This document shows, one piece after another, positions 9,238-18,076 of a stretch of 64,000 nucleotides of DNA. The stretch covers positions 570,396 to 634,395 of the forward strand of contig JAZJYZ010000001.1 in the NCBI GenBank assembly GCA_040390125.1, read 5' to 3'. Numbering within the stretch: position 1 is the first letter of the stretch; every line of letters starts with the position of its first letter. The DNA comes from Patescibacteria group bacterium (GTDB lineage: Bacteria > Patescibacteriota > Minisyncoccia > Phycocordibacterales > Phycocordibacteraceae). The notes below the pieces were generated by a model. It worked only from the letters and a program-made list of their open reading frames with translations. It searched no databases and had not been told where the DNA came from. The position numbers and the translations under genes were made by a program.

Positions 9238-9639
9238 CTACGGTGCACGAGGACTTATACTACTTGCAAGAAAAAGCGATATTAGAAAATATGCATACGA
9301 ATCCCTTGAATGCAGAGAAGTGACGTGTTGTGTTGAAGTATCTGGTGGATCAAAAAGATGACGGAACAACATTGGTGCAAACAGTGTTGCAAAAAGGAGT
9401 GCTCCAAAAGTAACAAACTCAGGGGTAAGTCCCGCAAACAGTGTGTGCCATGAAGTGAGATGGGCAAAAATATTCATTTCACACAAGACCGCTTCGCCCG
9501 GCATAAACGGGCAATCGTCCATACTACCCATGCCGTGATGACTCATTCCCGCCATGGCAAGTGGTGCAAAAATGCCTACCAAAAGAAAAGTGAGGATAAG
9601 CAAAGCGGAGAGGAGCTGATTTTTAGACAAATTAAACAC
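9238..9639 (-). CDS. Membrane protein with His/Met/Cys motif
   Basis: MSHHGMGSMDDCPFMPGEAVLCEM between TM helices. Confidence 0.7.
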   Translation of the reverse strand: MFNLSKNQLLSALLILTFLLVGIFAPLAMAGMSHHGMGSMDDCPFMPGEAVLCEMNIFAHLTSWHTLFAGLTPEFVTFGALLFATLFAPMLFRHLFDPPDTSTQHVTSLHSRDSYAYFLISLFLASSISPRAP

Positions 9640-9645
9640 AAAAGG

Positions 9646-10116
9646 TTAGTGATTATGGTGATCTCCTAAAACCGCATGACCTTTGCCTCGGGCTATGAGC
9701 CACCTATTAACGGGATATGCCGCAACTCCGGCAATGGCAAGACTGACGGCTAAACTCCCCCAAAACATGAAGGTAGTAAGTTCAGCATCCAGTGCACCTG
9801 GAATAAAAACCATTACCACGTTGTCCACAATTTCCATGGTCGTTATAGAAAGTGTGTCAGAAGCGAATGCGAGTCCTAGTGCCGTACCAAGTGCCATGCC
9901 AGAGCGTACAAGAGGCAAAAGCGTCAAAGAATATCCGAAGGCAAATGCCAAAGCAATCGCAATGAATATTGTGACTGCATTGCTAAGACCGAATGCCGTA
10001 CCAATAACCATACCGAAGACCTCACCTATGGCACATCCTGTGAGGCAGTGAAGCGTGGCACTGAAAGCAACCTTGTTCAAAGACGTATGTGCATGTGCAT
10101 GATGTGTATGTTCCAT
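9646..10116 (-). CDS. DUF4396 membrane protein
   Basis: ATLHCLTGCAIGE, PVNRWLIARGKGHA; His-rich termini. Confidence 0.9.
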   Translation of the reverse strand: MEHTHHAHAHTSLNKVAFSATLHCLTGCAIGEVFGMVIGTAFGLSNAVTIFIAIALAFAFGYSLTLLPLVRSGMALGTALGLAFASDTLSITTMEIVDNVVMVFIPGALDAELTTFMFWGSLAVSLAIAGVAAYPVNRWLIARGKGHAVLGDHHNH

Positions 10117-10141
10117 AGTTGGAGATTCAAATCATTACGAA

Positions 10142-10303
10142 TTATCCTGCAACAGCAAGTGCGACGCCCAAGTAATACGGCCACACGACGACTGCCAACA
10201 CTCCTTCCCAGAAGCTCAAGTGCAAGTAGCCAATGGTGAAGAGCCAAGCCGCAATCCAGAATCCTCCTGAGAGTGTGTGATGTTCTATTTTTATTTTATC
10301 CAT
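10142..10303 (-). CDS. Small membrane protein (53 aa)
   Basis: Manual translation MDKIKIEHHTLSGGFWIAAWLFTIGYLHLSFWEGVLAVVVWPYYLG...; fills the operon gap; below ORF-track cutoff. Confidence 0.75.
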   Translation of the reverse strand: MDKIKIEHHTLSGGFWIAAWLFTIGYLHLSFWEGVLAVVVWPYYLGVALAVAG

Positions 10304-10328
10304 ACTTTTAAGATGCATTACATACTAA

Positions 10329-10538
10329 TCATTGAGTAATAAGACGTTCCGGCACAATGAATGTTGCAACGATGTACGCAAGGACCCCTGGCACAAAGCC
10401 GGTAAAGATCACGACCAAGAGCCAGATGACTCGTATGAGCACAGGATCGATATCAAAATACTCCCCTACTCCACCGCAAATACCTGCGAGTACTTTGTCC
10501 GTGGAGCTTTTGTAGAGTCTTTTTGGTTTTGTGTGCAT
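10329..10538 (-). CDS. PspC domain protein
   Basis: KRLYKSSTDKVLAGICGGVGEYFDIDPVLIR. Confidence 0.93.
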   Translation of the reverse strand: MHTKPKRLYKSSTDKVLAGICGGVGEYFDIDPVLIRVIWLLVVIFTGFVPGVLAYIVATFIVPERLITQ

Positions 10539-10638
10539 GGCATGAAGTATTATCTCTGAGGTAATAGTACACCTTCCATGTATAAAATTTGCAAACCGTA
10601 ATTATTGACATTCTTGTTAAACGTATTATATTTTAAAA

Positions 10639-10902
10639 ATGCTAGAAGAAAACAGCAAACTAAGAAGATTACGGATTAGACTAGAACGTAGCAACGAAAG
10701 CGTTGGCGAGGGCCACGTTCGACAAGAAGCCGGTTGGATGGTTTGCGATGTAGTGGTTTCCGGACCAGAAGGCGAAAAGACATTAACCTTTCAGCCTGAC
10801 TCATCTAATCGATTAGACCGAATAGATAGGACTGGTCACGTATCTGGAAGACTGAGAGATGCTGCACTATTTGCTGCAAAAAAAGCTTTGGGAATTTTAT
10901 AA
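10639..10902 (+). CDS. Hypothetical protein (putative paralogue of 11199)
   Basis: TTGACA-16-TATATT promoter at 10605; C-terminal similarity to the 11199 ORF. Confidence 0.7.
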   Translation: MLEENSKLRRLRIRLERSNESVGEGHVRQEAGWMVCDVVVSGPEGEKTLTFQPDSSNRLDRIDRTGHVSGRLRDAALFAAKKALGIL

Positions 10903-10934
10903 CAAAGATAGCAAGACAGTTCGTGAGATAATCA

Positions 10935-11138
10935 TTGAACGTGAGCGATGAAAAAATCATGCGTGCTCGAATTGAGCGTTTTTCGCTTTGGCTCGGCAAA
11001 CAACCTGCTTCAGTAGCTCGAGCAAGAGAGTTTTTAAGATTTATGCAAATTGATATGTCCCCCGATGAACTCGTTAGGGCTTTGCAATTAAAGCGAGATC
11101 CAAAGATGAATGCACACAAACAGTTCGAGATGTTTTGA
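10935..11138 (+). CDS. Hypothetical protein
   Basis: 67-aa ORF between two co-oriented paralogues; start uncertain. Confidence 0.55.
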   Translation: MNVSDEKIMRARIERFSLWLGKQPASVARAREFLRFMQIDMSPDELVRALQLKRDPKMNAHKQFEMF

Positions 11139-11198
11139 AGTAAAAAATGTAACTCAAGTAACTTTTGACATCTTTAACAAATACATTACAGTACCCGA

Positions 11199-11483
11199 AT
11201 GAGTATCGACGGTAGATTCGCCCGTGGGCACATACCCTCCCCTGGTGCAACTTTAGAAAGAGGCGAAACCGTACAAGCTATCGGAAGATGGTGGCCGGAA
11301 GGAGCTGACAAATGTTGCACAATTCGTGTCACCAGTCGAGGTAGAACTGTAAATCTGCAATTTGTTCTTCGTCCCTTCTGGGACACCCCAAGACGAGTAG
11401 ATAATAATGGAAAAATGACTGACGGCATTTTGCGTGCCGCACTACTAGAGGCTAAAAAGGTTTTTAAAGGTAACTCTGACTGA
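11199..11483 (+). CDS. Hypothetical protein (putative paralogue of 10639)
   Basis: TTGACA-16-TACAGT promoter at 11165. Confidence 0.7.
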   Translation: MSIDGRFARGHIPSPGATLERGETVQAIGRWWPEGADKCCTIRVTSRGRTVNLQFVLRPFWDTPRRVDNNGKMTDGILRAALLEAKKVFKGNSD

Positions 11484-11509
11484 CCCACTGTCACTCAAAA
11501 GGCTACGTG

Positions 11510-12883
11510 TTATTTAGGACGAGCCACCACCTTCGCCTCTGTCACTTCTTCAAATCCCCACCGTCCGTGCAAACGGCCTAAGCCTGAGCGTTTGTAGCCA
11601 CCAAAAGGATTCATTGGTCGCACATAGCTCACGCCATTTATACTCACCATTCCAGTTTTGAGAGACGCACTCACTCTTTCTGCCTTTACCTTGTCCTTCG
11701 TGTACACATACGCACCAAGACCGTAGTCAGTATCATTCGCAAGTATTACTGCCTCTTCTTCGGTTTTGAATTTGATGATTGGAAGCACAGGGCCAAACAC
11801 TTCTTCCTGCCACACTCGCATGGTTGGAGTGATGTTAATGAGAAGTGTGGGCTCATAGTATGCACCAAGTAGCCCTGGCTGTTTGCCTCCTGTAAGTACA
11901 AAGGCACCCTTGCCTACCGCATCTGCCACTTGAAGCTCGAGGGTATTCAATTGTTGCTTGGAAGCCAAGGGTCCCATTGTTGTGGTCGGACTCATGGGAT
12001 CACCTAAGCGAACAAGGGTATCCAATCTTCCTTTGAGCATCTGCAACATCTTGTCCCACACATTTTCGTGCACCAACAAACGCTTCAGCGCATCACACGA
12101 CTGCCCTGCATTCAAGAATCGAGAATGATATATACTCCCCACTGCCACATCCAAGTCAGCATCTTCAAACACTATCCCTGGTGCAGAGCCCCCAAGTTCC
12201 ATCACAATTTTCTTCATACCCGCCCCTGCAGTGCGATACAAAGATTCGCCCGCAAGTGTGCTCCCGGTAAAACAAATGAGGTCTATATTTTGGCGTGCTA
12301 AAAGTGCACCCACAGGCCCTTTCCCATACACCTCACTAAAGACTCCGAGAGGTACACCGCTTTCTTTCAGTATCTTTTCAATGAGCTGTCCGCACAGGGG
12401 CACTTCTTCAGAGTGTTTAAAAACTACCGTATTGCCCGCAATCAAGTTCTGTCCACATCCCCAGACGAAATTTGATGCAGGATAATTCCATGGCACGATT
12501 ATACCCACAACGCCCCGAGGCTCACGGTACACAGTGTGAATCTCCTCGCTATTTTCATAGGTAACTTCAGGAGCGAGATATTTTGGAGCGTTATCCAAAT
12601 ACCAAGAAAAGTAGCGAAGCGCATCTTGCACGTCTTCCCTGCTCTCCTTGATAGGCATGCCCATCTCTTTGGTGGCAAGTGTGGCAAACTCTTCCGCCCT
12701 TGAGTTGAGGTTTTGAACGACTCTACGAAGGATTTCGGAGCGACCGGCAACTCCGAGAGCACGCCAGGCAGGGCTCGCATCTCTTGCAGCCTTTACTTTT
12801 GCGATTATCTCTTCTCCCGTTGAAATAGCGATTGAGCCTAGAATCGAGAAGTCATGCGGGCTCATGGAGCGGAAACGCTTCAT
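11510..12883 (-). CDS. NAD(P)-dependent aldehyde dehydrogenase
   Basis: PWNYP, FTGST, MELGG, NAGQSC, EEVFGP, PFGGYKRSG. Confidence 0.96.
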   Translation of the reverse strand: MKRFRSMSPHDFSILGSIAISTGEEIIAKVKAARDASPAWRALGVAGRSEILRRVVQNLNSRAEEFATLATKEMGMPIKESREDVQDALRYFSWYLDNAPKYLAPEVTYENSEEIHTVYREPRGVVGIIVPWNYPASNFVWGCGQNLIAGNTVVFKHSEEVPLCGQLIEKILKESGVPLGVFSEVYGKGPVGALLARQNIDLICFTGSTLAGESLYRTAGAGMKKIVMELGGSAPGIVFEDADLDVAVGSIYHSRFLNAGQSCDALKRLLVHENVWDKMLQMLKGRLDTLVRLGDPMSPTTTMGPLASKQQLNTLELQVADAVGKGAFVLTGGKQPGLLGAYYEPTLLINITPTMRVWQEEVFGPVLPIIKFKTEEEAVILANDTDYGLGAYVYTKDKVKAERVSASLKTGMVSINGVSYVRPMNPFGGYKRSGLGRLHGRWGFEEVTEAKVVARPK

Positions 12884-12950
12884 GAGGGGAATTATACGCT
12901 GGGGGTGAGAGAGGGAGTGGGTTTATTCACTGATGGTCTTTCCTCTAGGA

Positions 12951-12973
12951 GAAATGGTGATTGTTCGCATTTC
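12951..12973. repeat. 23-bp 9-5-9 pseudo-palindromic site A
   Basis: gaaatggtg attgt tcgcatttc. Confidence 0.55.
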
Positions 12974-13004
12974 CACATTCCCCTTACAAGATTGCATCGT
13001 TAGA

Positions 13005-15707
13005 TTAGTTTTCAGGATTAGGTGTTTCGTACAGCCCGTTCGCTGTGAGCACAGCTTTTAGCGTTTCCGGATCATCTTTTATCTCAAACCTCTGTTTGAG
13101 ACGTTCGTGATTCATAACCTCATTCCCACCCCAGAATGCGGCTTTAGCGAGGAGCTCCTTACTTACTTTTGCTCTTTTGGTGATTACCACTAAATCCCCC
13201 AAAGGAATATAGATATTGAAATTACCTTTGTCGTCCCACACAAACCAGTCTCTTGAATTCAAAACATCTTCATAAGAACGCCAGCCCTGTTGCAATGGAA
13301 AATTCTTCCAAAGTACCTCTAATGCCCTCGGGTGTCTTTCCAGTGTACGTGTTGCGGAGTTTCGCATTTGTTTAATACCTAACCGATCATCTTTTTTACC
13401 CGACCATGTCTGATATAAAACAAAGAACGGATGATCTTCTTTTGAGAAGATATCTTGTTTGCCATCAAAATACCTTTCTTTTACCTCACCAAAGACGTGT
13501 TTGATCGAACTTTTTATTTCTTCCTCGTATCCTTTACTTCTCAAGGTTTGCAAGGCGAAAGAAAGGCGTGCATGAACGCTACCAGAGCCCCTAGTGTTAT
13601 TCCCGAAAGAGTTGAGAATAGTAAGCTTCACGTAACTTTGAACATCTTTACTGTAAAATATCTCTTTCAAAAGATCCCAAACTTCTTTCAATTCTTCTGA
13701 CGGCTCTACAATTTGTGGCTCCTGCTCAATAATTGCTAGAGCAAGAAAGATAGCTCTGTAAATCGCATCCTGGTAAACAGAATCCCATTCAGTGTTTTTT
13801 TCTATTGAAAAAGCTTGATCCTTCTTTGTGGACTTGTGAATCAGTCGCCTAATAACTTCCCGAAGAGTCTCTAAAAGCTTTTCCTTGTTGTTAACTTGGC
13901 TTTGAGAAAGGAATCTTGCATACAAAGCCAATTCATCGCCCGGAAGAGCCTTTATAACAGAAGCCCCTTTTGAAATATGCTGATCGTAGATTTCGCGACT
14001 GATCCGATACGTACTCTTATTTTGAGGGGACTCCTTAGTAAAAGTGAGCCACTCTAGCATTTTTTCCGGATCAGAGGTTGAACGAGAATCCCAATACTTC
14101 TGTCTGCCTATGTCAGTCATTTCTGGTGAAGACGGAAATTCTATCCATCTATGAGCCACTAGAGTCAAGAGATCGCCTATATGTTTCTGTTTTTCTGCCG
14201 GTACATCAATACCCATTTCATGCTTTATCCAGCGAAAAATATCACTGATTTTTTCTTCCTGTAGATTTTTTCTATAAAAATACGATCGCATCCCTCCATT
14301 GTTGACGTACTCAGAATACGGACGTACATGTTCAATGGTTTTTCTTATAAAATCAATAAGATACGGAAATCGTATTTTGATGTACTCCAAAACAATTAAG
14401 TCAGCCAATCTAATTGGTAAGCCTAATTTTTTGTCTTCTGAAGAAAACATGGACAGGAAGAATCTAACCGAATTCATCGTTCTTACGAAAGCACGTGGAG
14501 TTTCATCTATAAACACACTAAGTGCAAACTGAAGGGCTGTTTTATCGTCTTCTTGAAAACTTCCATGCGGGAATGAGGAGATACCATATATCTCATGTGA
14601 CCCTACTTTCTTAATCTCTCTCTCCATCAGGCCTTGAGAATCAGTCATCTGATCAAACAAAGTTTTAATGAAAATCTGCTTTTGAAAGGTTGACGGGGTC
14701 GGAATAAAAATCTGAGTTCCTATACTCTTTGGATCATCAAATACAAATTTCCCGACTAGCGCCCCTTTTTCAGATACATTATTGGTTATCACGTCCTGTA
14801 AATCTCGTGGTGAGATGCAGAGAAGAAATACGATTTGTACTGGCAAACCGCCTCTGCCTTCATATTTGAAACGTTCAATAATTTCTATGACGCGATAGAT
14901 TTCCTCCAAATGAGCTCTCTCAAGCTCATCAACAACCACAATGAATTGTCTTTCAGAAAAAAGAGGGATGTTGCCGAAAAATTTTCCAACTCTCCGAGAA
15001 CAGAGTTGCGGATTATTTACCGGGTCCAAGTATTTGTCCCAGACCTTTGCTTTTGTGGGGAATAGTCCGATCCCGTTCAAAGTCAGAAAACGGATAAGTT
15101 CGGCGAATAAACCGTTCTTTGATTCTCTCAAAATAGCTTCCATGACAGGAAGTTGATCTGTCCAACCCAACCTGAAAGGATAGTTTTTTCCTATGGCTTC
15201 AAACCATCGTTCTTGAAAGAGCTTCTCAAAATCTTTTGTTTCGTTCGTTTCTGTGAGAGAAATGTAGCTGTATAACAATGAATCTTTCTTCATCTGCTCA
15301 ACGATCATCCTAGTCAGAGAAGACTTGCCACTGCCCATCTCACCAAAAATACCAACAACACTTACGTAGTCTTCAAGTTCCTGAATGCTTTTTGCATAAT
15401 TCTTTGAAGGAACTTTGAAGTCTAATAAATCTCGTCCAAGTCCAACCGACCAAGGGGAAAACCTAAAACCTCTGTAGGATAAGTTTTTATTGAAAATAGA
15501 TAATCCTGCCAGTGCAACTCCGAGGATAAAAAAACCTAGCAAGGTGATTTCAACTTCTGCGGTTATCCATTTCCCAATATAATGAACTCCCCAGAAGGTA
15601 AAGGTTATAAAAGTAAGTATTATGAAAAGAAGCCATGTTATAGAAAGGAAACGGTATTGTCTCCAAACGTATTTCAGTAAATCCAGAAGTCTCTTCATTA
15701 ACTCCAT
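13005..15707 (-). CDS. KAP-family P-loop NTPase with two N-terminal TM helices and long C-terminal extension
   Basis: Walker A GEMGSGKS, Walker B VVVDELER, TPR motif after the NTPase core. Confidence 0.85.
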   Translation of the reverse strand: MELMKRLLDLLKYVWRQYRFLSITWLLFIILTFITFTFWGVHYIGKWITAEVEITLLGFFILGVALAGLSIFNKNLSYRGFRFSPWSVGLGRDLLDFKVPSKNYAKSIQELEDYVSVVGIFGEMGSGKSSLTRMIVEQMKKDSLLYSYISLTETNETKDFEKLFQERWFEAIGKNYPFRLGWTDQLPVMEAILRESKNGLFAELIRFLTLNGIGLFPTKAKVWDKYLDPVNNPQLCSRRVGKFFGNIPLFSERQFIVVVDELERAHLEEIYRVIEIIERFKYEGRGGLPVQIVFLLCISPRDLQDVITNNVSEKGALVGKFVFDDPKSIGTQIFIPTPSTFQKQIFIKTLFDQMTDSQGLMEREIKKVGSHEIYGISSFPHGSFQEDDKTALQFALSVFIDETPRAFVRTMNSVRFFLSMFSSEDKKLGLPIRLADLIVLEYIKIRFPYLIDFIRKTIEHVRPYSEYVNNGGMRSYFYRKNLQEEKISDIFRWIKHEMGIDVPAEKQKHIGDLLTLVAHRWIEFPSSPEMTDIGRQKYWDSRSTSDPEKMLEWLTFTKESPQNKSTYRISREIYDQHISKGASVIKALPGDELALYARFLSQSQVNNKEKLLETLREVIRRLIHKSTKKDQAFSIEKNTEWDSVYQDAIYRAIFLALAIIEQEPQIVEPSEELKEVWDLLKEIFYSKDVQSYVKLTILNSFGNNTRGSGSVHARLSFALQTLRSKGYEEEIKSSIKHVFGEVKERYFDGKQDIFSKEDHPFFVLYQTWSGKKDDRLGIKQMRNSATRTLERHPRALEVLWKNFPLQQGWRSYEDVLNSRDWFVWDDKGNFNIYIPLGDLVVITKRAKVSKELLAKAAFWGGNEVMNHERLKQRFEIKDDPETLKAVLTANGLYETPNPEN

Positions 15708-15765
15708 ATTCTCATATTACTGCGCAATCTGCCTTCTTACCCAAATGAAGTACTCATAAAATGAA

Positions 15766-15788
15766 GAAACGGAGTAAATCACCTTTTC
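15766..15788. repeat. 23-bp site B
   Basis: gaaacggag taaat caccttttc; 15780-15807 matches 16939-16966 at 24/28. Confidence 0.65.
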
Positions 15789-15828
15789 TTAAGCCTCACG
15801 GGGAAACCAATCATGGCTCTAGTAATAC

Positions 15829-16386
15829 CTATTTTAAATACTGAAACGGCACCAAATCTACTTTAGCAAATAAACGCTGTGAACTAGATTCTTTTATCAT
15901 ACCCATTGAAGGTGCACCCGCAAAACCTATGTACTCAACCTCCTTTTTCTTTCCATTTCTAACATATTTAATTGCTGGAATCAGGTCGGTATCCGAACTA
16001 ATTACAATAGCAACATCATATAAATTGTCGGCCGCTCCTATGACTAAATCAACAGCTAACTTAACATCAACTCCTTTCTCTCTTATCTTTCCACTGTCGT
16101 ACATAATCTTCCCTGATTTCACCTCGAAACCCGATGTTCGCAAGGCTTCCAGAAACATCTGTTGTTTCTTTACACGATTTTCACCTTCAGATGTATTGTC
16201 ATAATTTTTAACAATTCCAACATAGTATCTTTTAGATACTAAATCTCTTGCTCCAACAATATGTGAAATAAATGCCGAATGATCGAACTTCTTTCCAAGT
16301 TCTGGGAGTCCGAAGGCTTTCAATCTATTGTAAGTATTACTACCATCAATATAAACAGCGACTCTCTGTTTTTTATTGAATATCAT
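15829..16386 (-). CDS. NYN / LabA-DUF88 (PIN-like) domain protein
   Basis: YIDGSN, EKGVDVKLAVDL, ISSDTDLIPAI. Confidence 0.93.
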   Translation of the reverse strand: MIFNKKQRVAVYIDGSNTYNRLKAFGLPELGKKFDHSAFISHIVGARDLVSKRYYVGIVKNYDNTSEGENRVKKQQMFLEALRTSGFEVKSGKIMYDSGKIREKGVDVKLAVDLVIGAADNLYDVAIVISSDTDLIPAIKYVRNGKKKEVEYIGFAGAPSMGMIKESSSQRLFAKVDLVPFQYLK

Positions 16387-16400
16387 TAGACCATCATATC

Positions 16401-16436
16401 AAAAGAAACCACCCCTGCCCGAAGGACAGAGGTGGT
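16401..16436 (-). terminator. Terminator-like hairpin in the NYN leader
   Basis: Minus strand ACCACCTCTGTCC-TTC-GGGCAGGGGTGGT-TTCTTTT between a TGGTAAAAT box (16451-16459) and the ATG. Confidence 0.6.
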
Positions 16437-16531
16437 GAGGTTAGAAATATATTTTACCACTATATGAAATATTTTACTAGAGACTATGTGAATAGCCCAC
16501 AAGGCATCTCTATTTTGTCTTTAGTGTCCAT

Positions 16532-16554
16532 GAAATGGGGTCAGCCACCATTTC
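16532..16554. repeat. 23-bp site C
   Basis: gaaatgggg tcagc caccatttc. Confidence 0.7.
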
Positions 16555-16561
16555 TCACGGA

Positions 16562-16867
16562 TTAGCCACCATCTTTACGTGTATGAACAGCTATATTTTC
16601 AATTTTTCCTATAGGGGGAGATAAACGAGCACGAGAAGCATAGTGTTTTGCAACGGGGAAAGGAAAAACAAACCTCGAATCCGTTTTTACGTCAGTAAAT
16701 CGATTATTGCCCTCGAGAAAATGAGCTACCTCGTGAGCTTTACGAAACACAGTGTCTAAAAAGAGATAATCAAAAAAAATATGTGCAGTGCTCCCTTCAA
16801 TTTCTAGAGTGCTTTCTTCTCTGCCTGGAAACAAATTCTTTACTTGTGCTTCTATCGTTGATTTCAT
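16562..16867 (-). CDS. Hypothetical protein (101 aa)
   Basis: Start reassigned to MKSTIEAQ just after a TTGACT-17-TATAAT promoter. Confidence 0.65.
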   Translation of the reverse strand: MKSTIEAQVKNLFPGREESTLEIEGSTAHIFFDYLFLDTVFRKAHEVAHFLEGNNRFTDVKTDSRFVFPFPVAKHYASRARLSPPIGKIENIAVHTRKDGG

Positions 16868-16924
16868 GAGGGGTTTATTATACATATCTTTTATACTTAA
16901 GTCAAAACACATTTTCTGACAAGA

Positions 16925-16947
16925 AAAATGGTGACGGGCACCATTTC
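16925..16947. repeat. 23-bp site D
   Basis: aaaatggtg acggg caccatttc. Confidence 0.7.
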
Positions 16948-16964
16948 TTAAACCTTGCGGGGAA

Positions 16965-17343
16965 ACGGCAAGTTTTGGGGTCACTTGTGGCCCACAACTC
17001 AAAACTTTGCCGTCGCAGAGTATTTAAATACTCTGCTTGGGGTCACTTGTGGTCATCCGTCACTAAGTATTTTGTTTCGGAAACTCACAAAATACTAAGT
17101 GCGCTCGACCCCGCCTCGCCCGTCGCAGGCGACATGGCTCCGGCTGTCACAAAGTCAAAAAAATGCCGAGCAGTCGGCATGTTTTTGTACTTTGTGACCC
17201 CACGGAGAATCGCCTCTCGTCGTTGCTACGACTCGAAACCTACGGTCGCTCTTCGCTCCCTGCGGCCCGCGGTTCGATTCCCAGCTGGAGTATTCTCCAG
17301 ACACAAGAAAACGCCCGCTTCTGAAGCGGGAATTTTTCTTGTG
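16965..17343. repeat. Hairpin-dense region containing tRNA-Glu 3'-end fragments
   Basis: gtgaccccacggagaatcg (17194-17212) duplicates the tRNA end; inverted T-arm ggttcgattccc at 17271; ttggggtcacttgtgg twice. Confidence 0.75.
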
Positions 17344-17418
17344 TGGTGACCCCACGGGGAATCGAACCCCGATTCCATCCTTGAGAAGGATGTGTCCTAA
17401 CCGTTAGACGATAGGGCC
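17344..17418 (-). tRNA. tRNA-Glu(CTC)
   Basis: Cloverleaf GGCCCTATCGTCTAACGGTTAGGAC..CATCC-TT-CTC-AA-GGATG..GGTTCGATTCC..GGTCACCA. Confidence 0.97.
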
Positions 17419-17427
17419 AGTTTAAAT

Positions 17428-17460
17428 AGCTTACAGCTTTCAGGTGCCAGCTTTCAGCTT
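17428..17460. repeat. Heptamer array, left arm only
   Basis: agcttac agctttc aggtgcc agctttc agctt. Confidence 0.85.
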
Positions 17461-17611
17461 AAAATACAGCATCCAAGAGGTTTTCTCAATCCCCCACCCT
17501 CACCACTTCTTATTTTTCTATTCCAACTTGGTTATAGTATCAAGTTGGAAAGAAAAAGAAGTTAGTTTTTCTTATAATCCCTTCAGATCCGAGATGAAGA
17601 GAACTAGCTTC

Positions 17612-17962
17612 TCATTCCACAACTACAAGATGAGGTCTTTTGGGAGGTTTGGTCGGAGCGGGTTGAGATGCTTTTCTTGCTTCATCTGCTCTATCCTCTC
17701 TTCCCTCCTCTATCACACCTAACCTAGACATGACCTTTCCAATATGCTCAAACTCTTTTACAAGCGCCCCTCGCTTTCCCGATGTATTTGCACCCAAGGC
17801 TCGCTGAATCAAATTGGATAACCGTAGAGTATTCCTTGCGGATAGATGATCTGTGCGGTTGAGGATTATTTCGATATCAGCAAATGCCGCATCATTCAAC
17901 CACTCTACGAACTCTCTCGCTTCGCTTAATTTGTCCTCAAGTCTTTCTCTTTTTATTACCAT
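17612..17962 (-). CDS. Hypothetical protein between split heptamer arms
   Basis: MVIKRERLEDKL...; own TTGACA-16-TATTAT promoter (18023 minus). Confidence 0.65.
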   Translation of the reverse strand: MVIKRERLEDKLSEAREFVEWLNDAAFADIEIILNRTDHLSARNTLRLSNLIQRALGANTSGKRGALVKEFEHIGKVMSRLGVIEEGREDRADEARKASQPAPTKPPKRPHLVVVE

Positions 17963-18076
17963 TTCTTTGATAAGTAGGATACCTACTATGTGTCCATAAT
18001 AAAACAAAAATATAAAATGTCAAAGAAATCTAACCTGGGGTATTACGCAAAGCAAATAACTTCTCCCTCCTCCCCA

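Noticed and set aside
17194-17290. Second or intron-split tRNA
   Set aside because: Only 3' fragments in mixed orientation; no D-arm or anticodon arm
16975-17355. ORFs of 124 aa (+) and 66 aa (-) beside the tRNA
   Set aside because: They lie in hairpin-dense repeat DNA, overlap the tRNA end and show no protein-like features
12951-17418. Prophage, classical integron or ICE
   Set aside because: No integrase, phage or conjugation genes; no distal tRNA-end att copy seen; sites lack attC features
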